A stretch of 60,812 nucleotides of DNA, taken from a virus. Its lineage: Duplodnaviria > Caudoviricetes. Location: IMG/VR virus record IMGVR_UViG_3300019752_000008, positions 1-60,812 of that record; one strand, 5' to 3'. Below the pieces are notes generated by a model, which saw nothing but the letters and a program-made list of their open reading frames with translations, ran no database searches and was not told where the DNA came from. Below are positions 31,088 through 39,513 of this stretch, piece by piece (positions within the stretch are counted from its first letter, which is position 1; each line of letters starts with the position of its first letter). Made by a program: the position numbers and the translations under genes.

Positions 31088-31348
31088 ATGAACTACTTGG
31101 ATATTAAAACTAGAGTTTTAGAATGCATGAAAGACAATACAGGTTATAGACCAAGCGATATTGGTTATTTCGTGTTTGGTGTTTGGAAAAACGAAAGTCT
31201 AGGTATTCCATACAGTCCTCAGGCTCATGCACTAATGATTGGAAAATACTTAAAAAAGATGAAAGATGAAAAATTATTGATTCAAACACTTGATTATTCA
31301 GAAACAGGCAGACCATTTAGGTGGTTTAAATTAATAAAAAAGCTATAG
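31088..31348 (+). CDS. Possible winged-helix protein
   Basis: RPSDIG...IGKYLKKMKDEKLL pattern. Confidence 0.5.
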   Translation: MNYLDIKTRVLECMKDNTGYRPSDIGYFVFGVWKNESLGIPYSPQAHALMIGKYLKKMKDEKLLIQTLDYSETGRPFRWFKLIKKL

Positions 31349-31455
31349 CCTTTAGATGATGTGGCAAAATCCATAGTAGCCACGTCCACCAATTTTTTGC
31401 AAAGCCATAGTAGGCTTTGCCACCAATTTTTACAAAACAAATAAAGGAGAATGCT

Positions 31456-31623
31456 ATGACTTATGTTTTGCCACCCACTCTAAGAAATGACTTTTTTGAT
31501 TTAAATACTATGTTTAAAACGCACGGATTTAAACCTCAAAAAAATAAAAGAAAGACTAAAAAGATACTTAAGAAAATTAAATATCTAGCTATAGATACGA
31601 CTGTACATACAAAAACAATTTAG
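31456..31623 (+). CDS. Small basic protein
   Basis: AAGGAG RBS. Confidence 0.55.
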   Translation: MTYVLPPTLRNDFFDLNTMFKTHGFKPQKNKRKTKKILKKIKYLAIDTTVHTKTI

Positions 31624-31685
31624 GATTTAATTGCTCTTTTTTTTATGCACTATTAAGTATATTTGAAAGTTTTTAATGTTATCAT

Positions 31686-31782
31686 CGGGGCTGAAAAATG
31701 CTTCGGCAAGTCGCAAGACAAATTTCTGGGTTGGTCTTTCTGATAGACTATTTTAGCTACTCTTAACGGAGTAGCTTTTTTT
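31686..31782 (+). ncRNA. Putative small structured RNA
   Basis: TGnTATCAT promoter; TGC-TTCG-GCA and GTC-GCAA-GAC tetraloop hairpins; intrinsic terminator. Confidence 0.55.
31755..31782 (+). terminator. Intrinsic terminator ending the early region
   Basis: AGCTACTCT-TAAC-GGAGTAGCT followed by a T run. Confidence 0.85.
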
Positions 31783-32098
31783 ATGCACTATTTAAAATCA
31801 AATATACTATGGAGATACTCACCACAATATATAGTATTGGATACCCTACTTTTAAGAACTTTCCTAAGATGCTATGTTCGTAGTATCTGTGGCAAAAACT
31901 GCATAGAGTTATTAAATCTTTCAGTTTCTCCTTGTAATAGCCCCTATACTTTCCATGATGCATATGAAGATTCTTTTTTGACCCACAAGAGGTGCAAGTG
32001 TAGTTATCTCTTTTCAGGACTGCTTCTCGTAGTTTTAGCCAGTATGGTTCTTTTAGGTATTTTTGATAGGAGAGTTTGGCATGGTTTTTATTTTTCAC
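31781..32098 (-). CDS. HNH endonuclease with C-terminal TM helix
   Basis: RD.Y.CxxCG...LH.HH...L.TLCxxCH plus hydrophobic tail. Confidence 0.85.
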   Translation of the reverse strand: MKNKNHAKLSYQKYLKEPYWLKLREAVLKRDNYTCTSCGSKKNLHMHHGKYRGYYKEKLKDLITLCSFCHRYYEHSILGKFLKVGYPILYIVVSISIVYLILNSA

Positions 32099-32370
32099 TA
32101 CACTACTTCTTTGTTCACTTTTTTATTCAAAACTATCATTTGATTTATAAACTCTTTTTTTGCATATTCTTCATATGTTATTTTTCTTCCAAATATTATA
32201 TCTATAAAGCTCCATTCATTTTCGTATATACGGAAAAATAACAACCATCTATCTATTTTATTATCTTTAAACTCTATCTGGTATTTATTACGTTCTCCAT
32301 CAATTTTTACTAGTCTATATTTCTCTTTGTATTGCTCTTTAAATTGTTCGTATTCTTCATGTATTGTCAT
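32098..32370 (-). CDS. Hypothetical protein
   Basis: AAGGATAA RBS. Confidence 0.6.
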   Translation of the reverse strand: MTIHEEYEQFKEQYKEKYRLVKIDGERNKYQIEFKDNKIDRWLLFFRIYENEWSFIDIIFGRKITYEEYAKKEFINQMIVLNKKVNKEVV

Positions 32371-32373
32371 CTC

Positions 32374-32598
32374 TTATCCTTCTATTGGATTATTTTTTAT
32401 CCACTCGTAAGCCATGTTTACATTCTTTTTCTTAGATACAGCTCTTCCAAATGTTTTTACAGGTTTTGCATTTTCATTATCTTTCATAATATCTTCTATT
32501 GTGTAAATTTCTGCAAATCCCCATCCTGATACTGCCATTCCGCTTGCTATTATATATCCTAAGTCGTATGCCTTTTGCTCTATCTTTTTTATTTTCAT
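32374..32598 (-). CDS. Hypothetical protein
   Basis: GGAG RBS. Confidence 0.6.
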   Translation of the reverse strand: MKIKKIEQKAYDLGYIIASGMAVSGWGFAEIYTIEDIMKDNENAKPVKTFGRAVSKKKNVNMAYEWIKNNPIEG

Positions 32599-32818
32599 CT
32601 TTTATTCTCCAATTTATACCAAGGGTACTTTTTATTAAATTCGTATATCAAAACTAGATGCTTATATGCTCTATCTTTGAATGATTTTGCTACTGCATCT
32701 CTTCTTGTATCGTCTTGTGATTTATTTGACATTCTTTTTTATCCTTTATATATTATTATTATCCCTACACATACAGATAGTATGTATAGAGTTGCTATTG
32801 TTAGTTTTTGTGCGTTAG

Positions 32819-33139
32819 TTATAATTTAGAAGCACTCACTAATTTTTCATATCCTTGCTCCCATGCAGGACAATCATTATCCTCGTATTCTTTTAACCAG
32901 TGAGGCACTACTACATCATTACTACATATATGTTGGTCATCTATTCTTTCGTAAACACATGAATAGCAACTTTGATTATTTTTTATTACTGTAGTTGTAT
33001 TCAATATGTCATATTTCTTAAATTGTTCGAATAAATATTGCGATAAAAATCTATATTTAAATAGCATCTTTAATATTTTTACTGTATCGTTTTTATACAT
33101 AGCACTTATAAACTGTCTTTTTAACTTACTATTCATCAT
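32819..33139 (-). CDS. Hypothetical Cys-containing protein
   Basis: AAGGAG RBS; CxxC...C...C. Confidence 0.6.
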   Translation of the reverse strand: MMNSKLKRQFISAMYKNDTVKILKMLFKYRFLSQYLFEQFKKYDILNTTTVIKNNQSCYSCVYERIDDQHICSNDVVVPHWLKEYEDNDCPAWEQGYEKLVSASKL

Positions 33140-33825
33140 CTTCTCCTTGTTATTATATTTGTTGGCTCTAGTGTGCCACTGTACGGCTCTATTTTATTAT
33201 CAAACGGCTTTATATGGCTAGTGACTTTTCCTTTTTTAAGGTGTGCTTGTATCATCTTTTCACTGTCTGACAACTCTTTGCTTTTTGCTTCTCTTGCTTT
33301 TTGTTCTTTTGCCATCTTCTCTATTTTTTCTATAGTCGTCAGTTTTCTTTCAGGCTTTTTTTCTTCAAAAAGTTTTGGCTCTTCTTTTATCACTTCTACT
33401 TTTTTAGGCTTCTTTGGTGGTGTTTTTTTAGGGGCTTGTTTTTTAACTTCCTTTTTTGATGTAGCTTTTTTTGGCTTTGGCTTTACGTAAGTTTTTTCTT
33501 TTATTTTTCTATTTCTTTCTCTATTATATTCTAGTGTACAGGGATAGCAAGTGTATGTTTTTCCTAATTTTTCTGTACCATCTTTTGTTTTGTATTTTTT
33601 ATAATGCGTGTTTTCTTCTGTGAGTGGCTTTTCGCATTTGTTGCAAATATTTTCCTTTTCTTTTGTTTGCCGAAAACTTAATTGGTATTTATTGTAGCAA
33701 GGTCTGCACTTATTTCTTAATTTTTCAATATCATTTTTTACTGATACTATTGACTTGTTTTCTTCCGTTATTGGATTTGGACAGTCTTTACAGATGTCTC
33801 CGATTTCTATTTTCTTTTTAGTCAT
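33136..33825 (-). CDS. Double Zn-finger basic protein
   Basis: Four CxxC pairs; Lys/Pro linker. Confidence 0.7.
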   Translation of the reverse strand: MTKKKIEIGDICKDCPNPITEENKSIVSVKNDIEKLRNKCRPCYNKYQLSFRQTKEKENICNKCEKPLTEENTHYKKYKTKDGTEKLGKTYTCYPCTLEYNRERNRKIKEKTYVKPKPKKATSKKEVKKQAPKKTPPKKPKKVEVIKEEPKLFEEKKPERKLTTIEKIEKMAKEQKAREAKSKELSDSEKMIQAHLKKGKVTSHIKPFDNKIEPYSGTLEPTNIITRRR

Positions 33826-34082
33826 TAAGTAGTCCTTTTTATATTTTCTATTTTTCCATGATCCACGACAATATGCTCACTTTTCACAAAAATGCTCATC
33901 ATGTACCACCCGCTATCAATAGCAATAAATGGTCTTGCGTAAAATATTTTAAATCCTATTTTTATAAACTTTGGAGCTAACATAAAAGATGTATCTCTAG
34001 AAATATCTAGTTTATATTTTTTGTTTATTTCTCTCATACAGTATGACCAATAGTTGTCTTTATATAAATCAATCTTGCTCAC
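33825..34082 (-). CDS. Hypothetical protein
   Basis: AGGAG RBS; GTG start. Confidence 0.55.
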   Translation of the reverse strand: MSKIDLYKDNYWSYCMREINKKYKLDISRDTSFMLAPKFIKIGFKIFYARPFIAIDSGWYMMSIFVKSEHIVVDHGKIENIKRTT

Positions 34083-34083
34083 A

Positions 34084-34821
34084 CTATACTCCTATTTTTT
34101 CTTTTAGTGTTTCGTAGTCTGTAACACCAGCATATTTTATATATCCAAATAAGTCCAGCTCTGTTTCATCAATTTTTTTTAATATTTCTTTCGGGAGAAT
34201 GTCTCTCAGTTCTGCCTCTTTGCTTATATTGTTATCTTTTTTATATTTAGCTCCGCTCATTCCTAGTGCCTTCATATTTATAAGCGTTGATATGTTTTGA
34301 TATGCAAATTTTTTAGCATTATCACTTTCTTGACTTGGAATATAAGTATCTTTTATTGCTTCTGCAAGTGGAATGAAGTGTATTTTAGTGTTGGAACGCT
34401 CTATCTTAAGTTCATTTGAATGAGTGATTAATTTCTCTATAAAGTCATCCATCATTATTTCAAAGTCCATATCAATCCATCTTAAAAAATGTAAAATTAC
34501 TTTTGAATGTATCCATGTTCCAGAGTTGTATTTTCCTCTGACTGTTTTTGTTAGTTTTAAATATGTAGTTTTTCCCATATTTAAAAGCTCTTCTTTTTTC
34601 CGAATATATTCTTTTGTCGATTCTCTTCTCATATACTCATTTATATTTTTGCTATACATTTTTGCTATTTGAGTAGCATTGAAAAATGCACTGTCTGAAT
34701 TTATTGGCTCTTTAAGTAATTGCTTTATATCTATTTCTAGCTCACCTTTTGGTGTTTTCAATGATAAGAATTTGCTACTTAAAGTAACTTTTGAGAAATC
34801 TGTTGTTATAATACTTTCCAT
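34084..34821 (-). CDS. KilA-N domain DNA-binding protein
   Basis: FNATQIAK...RG...GTWIH....HFLRWI; start MESII after AAAGGAG. Confidence 0.88.
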   Translation of the reverse strand: MESIITTDFSKVTLSSKFLSLKTPKGELEIDIKQLLKEPINSDSAFFNATQIAKMYSKNINEYMRRESTKEYIRKKEELLNMGKTTYLKLTKTVRGKYNSGTWIHSKVILHFLRWIDMDFEIMMDDFIEKLITHSNELKIERSNTKIHFIPLAEAIKDTYIPSQESDNAKKFAYQNISTLINMKALGMSGAKYKKDNNISKEAELRDILPKEILKKIDETELDLFGYIKYAGVTDYETLKEKIGV

Positions 34822-34885
34822 AAGTATCTCCTTTGTATTTTGTTTCAATCTAATTGTACATTAGAGATACTTAAAGTATTCTTGC

Positions 34886-35083
34886 TTACAATTCACTCCA
34901 CCCTAAAACATATTTCTCCTCTATATATTCATTCTCAAAATAACACATATTCCACTTTCCTTCATACATATCTATCTGAGGATTTGCATATGCAAATTTA
35001 TTATCTGCACCGCTCCATTGAGCTACTCTTTTGCCTTCTTTTGTTTCTATAACTATTGGTCTGTTTTTTGGTATTTCTTTCAT
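34886..35083 (-). CDS. DUF551-like small protein
   Basis: PK.RP....V..W.EL pattern. Confidence 0.5.
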   Translation of the reverse strand: MKEIPKNRPIVIETKEGKRVAQWSGADNKFAYANPQIDMYEGKWNMCYFENEYIEEKYVLGWSEL

Positions 35084-35092
35084 TTGCTATCC

Positions 35093-35635
35093 TTAATACT
35101 TAACTTTACTTACGAATAATTCCGCTATATCATACTCGTGCTTCGGTCTTATTCCTTTAAGTTCCATGTTTTCGCATATTCCACCATATAACATTTCTGA
35201 GTCTTGGAAGTCTTGTACTATTTTGTATGGTTTAGCTTTTCTTTTTCTATCTATGCCTGCATCTATGAAAGCTACTGCTAGAAGTTCAAGATTTACTACT
35301 TTATCTGTATTTGATACGTAGTCTATAAATTTCACTATAGATTTTTCTACTTTTGCTTCTATGGCTCTTAAATCTCTATAGTCTATCATATTTAAAATTC
35401 TATCTCTTCTTGACGTTAGTTTGTCTAAAATCTTTCTAAATTTAGAATATAGTTTATGATTTTTATTTTTGTGTAGTGTTCTTATTTCTCCACAAACATT
35501 TTTCTCATTTATTGCTACATGAAACACTGATATTCCTACATTTATAAACACTGTATCCATTATAAAGTCTTTTCTTGCTTTGTCTGACGGATGAGTTATT
35601 TTTGTTGGTTTTGTTATATTGTATGGTATGCACAT
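35093..35635 (-). CDS. Hypothetical protein
   Basis: GGGAG RBS. Confidence 0.65.
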   Translation of the reverse strand: MCIPYNITKPTKITHPSDKARKDFIMDTVFINVGISVFHVAINEKNVCGEIRTLHKNKNHKLYSKFRKILDKLTSRRDRILNMIDYRDLRAIEAKVEKSIVKFIDYVSNTDKVVNLELLAVAFIDAGIDRKRKAKPYKIVQDFQDSEMLYGGICENMELKGIRPKHEYDIAELFVSKVKY

Positions 35636-35636
35636 A

Positions 35637-35933
35637 TTATTTTTTCTCCCAATTGTTGCAAAAAAACGATTCCCCTAGTGTTAATGTCTGCATTTTAATT
35701 TCTAGTTCTATTTCTTCATATGGCATTTGATTAGCCCATTCTTCTTCATTTACCACTTCCCTTAGTTCTTCTATAGGACATTCCACTGTTCTTTGAAGCT
35801 TGCAACTATTGCAACTCATCCCTTCTATCTGTTGTTTTAAATAAAAAAGACTTTGTAGTGCATTTACATTATATTCGTCTTTTTCTTCTATGTACTTTAT
35901 ATTTTTTTCTATATCTTCATGTATTGCTTTCAT
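35637..35933 (-). CDS. Hypothetical protein
   Basis: Operon packing. Confidence 0.6.
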   Translation of the reverse strand: MKAIHEDIEKNIKYIEEKDEYNVNALQSLFYLKQQIEGMSCNSCKLQRTVECPIEELREVVNEEEWANQMPYEEIELEIKMQTLTLGESFFCNNWEKK

Positions 35934-35935
35934 AT

Positions 35936-36343
35936 CTACTCTTTAACCTCAAAAACAATTTCAAAGCCATTTCTTGCCATCTCTATGAAGTATTTACAAT
36001 CCATTACTATATTATATTCTTCGCCCCTTGTTCCATCCAATTGATATCTCATAAACACTAAATAATCTTCTCTATGTTCATGTTCTATATCGTCTGGATA
36101 AGGAATAATGCAAAATTTGTTTACTAGACTAAGAGAGTCAATGTGCTCTTGCAGTTCTTCTCGATCTTTACTTTTTTCAAGTTTACAATACTCTAACTCT
36201 TCTTTTGCTATACACTTCACAATGCCTATATCACCAAGCCTTACATTTTCAAACAACTTACAGTAAATCTTCCATCTCTCATCTTCTTTTATACATATCT
36301 CGTTTATATATTCAAGACCTTCTTTCATTTGTTTTAAATTCAT
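35936..36343 (-). CDS. Hypothetical protein
   Basis: ATGA overlap. Confidence 0.6.
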   Translation of the reverse strand: MNLKQMKEGLEYINEICIKEDERWKIYCKLFENVRLGDIGIVKCIAKEELEYCKLEKSKDREELQEHIDSLSLVNKFCIIPYPDDIEHEHREDYLVFMRYQLDGTRGEEYNIVMDCKYFIEMARNGFEIVFEVKE

Positions 36344-36603
36344 ATCAAATACTCCGTATCTTCATCTTTTGATTCAATCACTTCTATACACATAAGTTGA
36401 TTTGCTCTACCATTTGGATCAATATCAAATTCGTATTTATTGTCATCTTCATCCCTTAGTACTATTTTGTTTGGTTCATAATATGCAGTACATTTTATCT
36501 TGCCAGTTTCAGTTTCTATGCCTACTTCAATCTTAGCCATTTCATAGTCTAGTTTTACTTTATCATTTTCTCTTACTGTATCGTAGTTTTTATCAAATAT
36601 CAT
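36340..36603 (-). CDS. Hypothetical protein
   Basis: GGAG RBS. Confidence 0.6.
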   Translation of the reverse strand: MIFDKNYDTVRENDKVKLDYEMAKIEVGIETETGKIKCTAYYEPNKIVLRDEDDNKYEFDIDPNGRANQLMCIEVIESKDEDTEYLI

Positions 36604-36926
36604 TATATTCTCCCCATTAATTCAATCCAAAATTCTCTTGTATCGCACAAAATATAACTTTCGCATAAGCCATGTACATGTATATCTTCATCTATTACTT
36701 TAAAGCTAAGTTCTACTTCCTGATTGCTTGTAAAATGACCGTCAAAAATCACTTGCATTGTATTTTCTTCTATATTATAATCATACGCTAAATCATACGG
36801 GTCAATTTCATTTTCTATAAATCTTGTTATCTTTTCTATCTCTTCTTTATTCATTATCTCTTCTCTTCTTTTTCGCATTTGTCTGTAGCTTTTACTAGAC
36901 CTTTTGGTTGGTCTGGGTTTGTGCAT
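36603..36926 (-). CDS. Hypothetical acidic protein (true start probably internal MNKEE)
   Basis: Operon packing. Confidence 0.55.
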   Translation of the reverse strand: MHKPRPTKRSSKSYRQMRKRREEIMNKEEIEKITRFIENEIDPYDLAYDYNIEENTMQVIFDGHFTSNQEVELSFKVIDEDIHVHGLCESYILCDTREFWIELMGRI

Positions 36927-36995
36927 ATGTAGTTGTTTCCTATGTCTTTTTGTTTTGGTATCATTGAGCTTTTACAGTTTATACATTTTGTCATA

Positions 36996-37580
36996 CTATA
37001 TTCTTTCTAGTTCTATATAGGCTATATATTCGTTTCTTTCAATATCAAATTGCTTAAAGAATATTTTAAACAGTCCTATTCCCCATACTTTCATGATATC
37101 TTCAGTTGATAAACAATCTGCTTGCATTATCTTTATATCTTTTATTTTATATTTAAACCTGCTTGGTTTAAAAGTCATTGATTCTTTAGTATTCCAAATA
37201 AAATCATCCCTAGAGAAAGATTCACCGCTATCGAAGTAAACTAGCCCTTCTTCGTCAAAATCACAATCTATTAAAACATTGCCTTTTATCTCTACGTATT
37301 CTTCTTGCAAATACACAATATCATCCATCTGATAAGGCAACCCGATATACTCTAAAAACTCTTCCTTAGTGAAGTCTTGCCAACCACCACCCTCTTCCCT
37401 GATGCAATGATTACTTTTCTTATACCAATCATTTTCTGGCTCTATTCTTATAGCTTGTTCGCTTCTATCTCTGTAGTATTTGCAAGGATGTTCTATCTTC
37501 TCAATAAAAGCCATAGCACCATTTGTTATTAGTTCGTGTGTGGCTTTATTTACTTTTAGTGGTTTTGTATTATCGTTCAT
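36996..37580 (-). CDS. ASCH/PUA-like phage protein (paralog of 38718-39314)
   Basis: PY..DD.VYLQE...W....M....SR...I.DI motif. Confidence 0.6.
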   Translation of the reverse strand: MNDNTKPLKVNKATHELITNGAMAFIEKIEHPCKYYRDRSEQAIRIEPENDWYKKSNHCIREEGGGWQDFTKEEFLEYIGLPYQMDDIVYLQEEYVEIKGNVLIDCDFDEEGLVYFDSGESFSRDDFIWNTKESMTFKPSRFKYKIKDIKIMQADCLSTEDIMKVWGIGLFKIFFKQFDIERNEYIAYIELERI

Positions 37581-37947
37581 TTGTTTTTGCCTCGTACTGC
37601 ACTATTCCGCTTTTGTAACAACCTAGTCTTTCATTGAATTGTAAGATATTCCAAACAAAGTTGCTTTCTCTTTTTAATCCCCATTTTAGTTTATCCATTC
37701 TTCCAATCATTGACCAATAATCATTTTCTAATTCAAATACTTCTTTTGGGTTAAATCTATCACAGCTTATTGCATTACATAAAGGGAAGCATTTTAAATT
37801 TAATAATTTTTTATTTTCTCGACATTCATTCCATTCAACATTATCGTAATCTCCAAAATCTCTAAAATAATTAGAACAAGCTGAACATACCTTTTTATAC
37901 CATTTTGTTATTTTTATTTCATGTATTGGTTCTAAACTATTATCCAT
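37570..37947 (-). CDS. Cys-rich hypothetical protein
   Basis: AAGGATAA RBS. Confidence 0.6.
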   Translation of the reverse strand: MDNSLEPIHEIKITKWYKKVCSACSNYFRDFGDYDNVEWNECRENKKLLNLKCFPLCNAISCDRFNPKEVFELENDYWSMIGRMDKLKWGLKRESNFVWNILQFNERLGCYKSGIVQYEAKTNER

Positions 37948-38031
37948 GTTTTATCCTTTGATGTATTATTGTAGCTATATGAGCTATTATTAGTTCTATT
38001 ATCAGTACTATTCCTAGTGCTGTTTCTAGTA

Positions 38032-38397
38032 TCATTTTTGTATACCTGTTATTTTTATGTTGTAGTCTTCTATATCGTTTCTTTTTACTTCGCACCACAT
38101 TTTACTATTAAAATCTACTATTATTCTAAACTGATTGTGTTCTCTATTGTATATGCACACTCCCTTGGTTGTTTTACTCCCGCCTCTTCCATCTTCCTGA
38201 AGAGATGCAAATATTGGATTGTTTTCACTGTCTATCATATCATTAAAGTGTATTGACCTTGTTTCAGGTTCACATTCTATCCATAGGTCGCCTTTAAGCA
38301 GATATAGCATATCTCCTATCCATTTTATACTGTTGCTTATTACGTACTTTTCTGAGTATACGTGCTTTGCTCTGTGCAGTTCTTTATTAATAATCAT
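38032..38397 (-). CDS. YopX-like protein
   Basis: HRAK...PET......D....PIF....ITG pattern. Confidence 0.55.
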   Translation of the reverse strand: MIINKELHRAKHVYSEKYVISNSIKWIGDMLYLLKGDLWIECEPETRSIHFNDMIDSENNPIFASLQEDGRGGSKTTKGVCIYNREHNQFRIIVDFNSKMWCEVKRNDIEDYNIKITGIQK

Positions 38398-38716
38398 TTA
38401 ACATCTCCTTTACTTTTTTTACTATATTCTTGTCATGCTCTTTAGGCATTGATCTTTTAGATTTATATACTGGCTTAATTAGTCCTGTCGTATCTGTTCT
38501 TGTATCATTATAACTAACTGCGTGTATTGCACCTATAGTTACGTGCTTAAAGTTTGGAGGTATTTTATCTAGCTCACATATTACTTTATGTTGAAATGCT
38601 TGTTTTATTCTTAAGTTTTTCTCATCCAAGTATGTCTTTAAATCCTCTAATTTAGTTGCTATAATATTATATGTTCCCATATCTGTTGCTACGTTGTATT
38701 TTTTAAACTTTGCCAT
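38387..38716 (-). CDS. Hypothetical protein
   Basis: AGGAG RBS. Confidence 0.6.
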   Translation of the reverse strand: MAKFKKYNVATDMGTYNIIATKLEDLKTYLDEKNLRIKQAFQHKVICELDKIPPNFKHVTIGAIHAVSYNDTRTDTTGLIKPVYKSKRSMPKEHDKNIVKKVKEMLNDY

Positions 38717-38717
38717 C

Positions 38718-39314
38718 TTATTCTCCTATTGTTCCACATGGAACATTTGTTTTTACTTCTATTAAAAATATGTAGTCGTTATCATCGTATGTTCTGTTTA
38801 TGTTTTGTTCTTCTAATTGGGTGTTGTAATATTTATAGAACATTAATCCATTATTAAATAAAAATTCTTTAGGTATAATATCTCCTACAATTCTCCATGA
38901 TTCTTTTGCTGTTATGTCACGTACTCTAACAACACGAACATCTATACACTCACTTAAAGAGTATCTGCTTTGTTCTTTTGTCATTTTTGAAGCTGATTGA
39001 TAGATTTCATCTTTAAAGTGTTCATTATTATCTCCTTTATATATTATACTGTACACTTTACCTGATGGATAAGTTACCTCTAAAAACTCTTCTTTTACAT
39101 ATATATCTTTATCGCCTTTATCTATTGGAAATTTAACCTGTGCAGTACTATTGTCTCTCTTATCTATAAACCAACCGCAATAATCATCTATATCGTAATC
39201 TATAAAATCCAACTTCATCCCGTCTGGAATACATATAGGAACTACAAACATCGTTGCACCATTTTCTAGTGCTTCTATTTGTATTGGTGTAAATTCTATG
39301 CTTTTTTTTTTCAT
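38718..39314 (-). CDS. ASCH/PUA-like phage protein
   Basis: GD..IYVKE...SASKM.KE.SR....DVRVVRV.DIT. Confidence 0.65.
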   Translation of the reverse strand: MKKKSIEFTPIQIEALENGATMFVVPICIPDGMKLDFIDYDIDDYCGWFIDKRDNSTAQVKFPIDKGDKDIYVKEEFLEVTYPSGKVYSIIYKGDNNEHFKDEIYQSASKMTKEQSRYSLSECIDVRVVRVRDITAKESWRIVGDIIPKEFLFNNGLMFYKYYNTQLEEQNINRTYDDNDYIFLIEVKTNVPCGTIGE

Positions 39315-39324
39315 GTGTTATCCT

Positions 39325-39513
39325 TTAATAATTTTCTGCAATATATTCTGCAACTTGTTTAAAACTTCTGTCTTTTAGTTTTTCGTATCTTAAATGATTA
39401 TATACAGTAACTACATTTATTAATGATTCTGTTGCTATCTGATAAGCATCCATCTCTTTGCCGTTGTATTTTTTCCTTAAATATTTTTCTATTCTAGTTG
39501 CCTGACACATCAC
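39325..39513 (-). CDS. Small hypothetical protein, possible HTH
   Basis: AYQIA.E....V.TVY. Confidence 0.5.
   Translation of the reverse strand: MMCQATRIEKYLRKKYNGKEMDAYQIATESLINVVTVYNHLRYEKLKDRSFKQVAEYIAENY

Larger units (their letters stand above)
26152..31430 (+). repeat. Dispersed intergenic element TAGTAG-N8-ACCAATTTT (about 7 copies)
   Basis: Copies at 26152, 26993, 27369, 27614, 28098 (N7), 31374 and 31408. Confidence 0.75.

Noticed and set aside
31358-31430. Bona fide tRNA genes at the CCACCA sites
   Set aside because: No D, anticodon or TTCGA T-arm; hairpins far too short
31687-31710. GGGGCTGA...TTCG resembling a tmRNA 5' end
   Set aside because: A terminator follows within 70 nt; no tag ORF, T-arm or matching acceptor 3' strand
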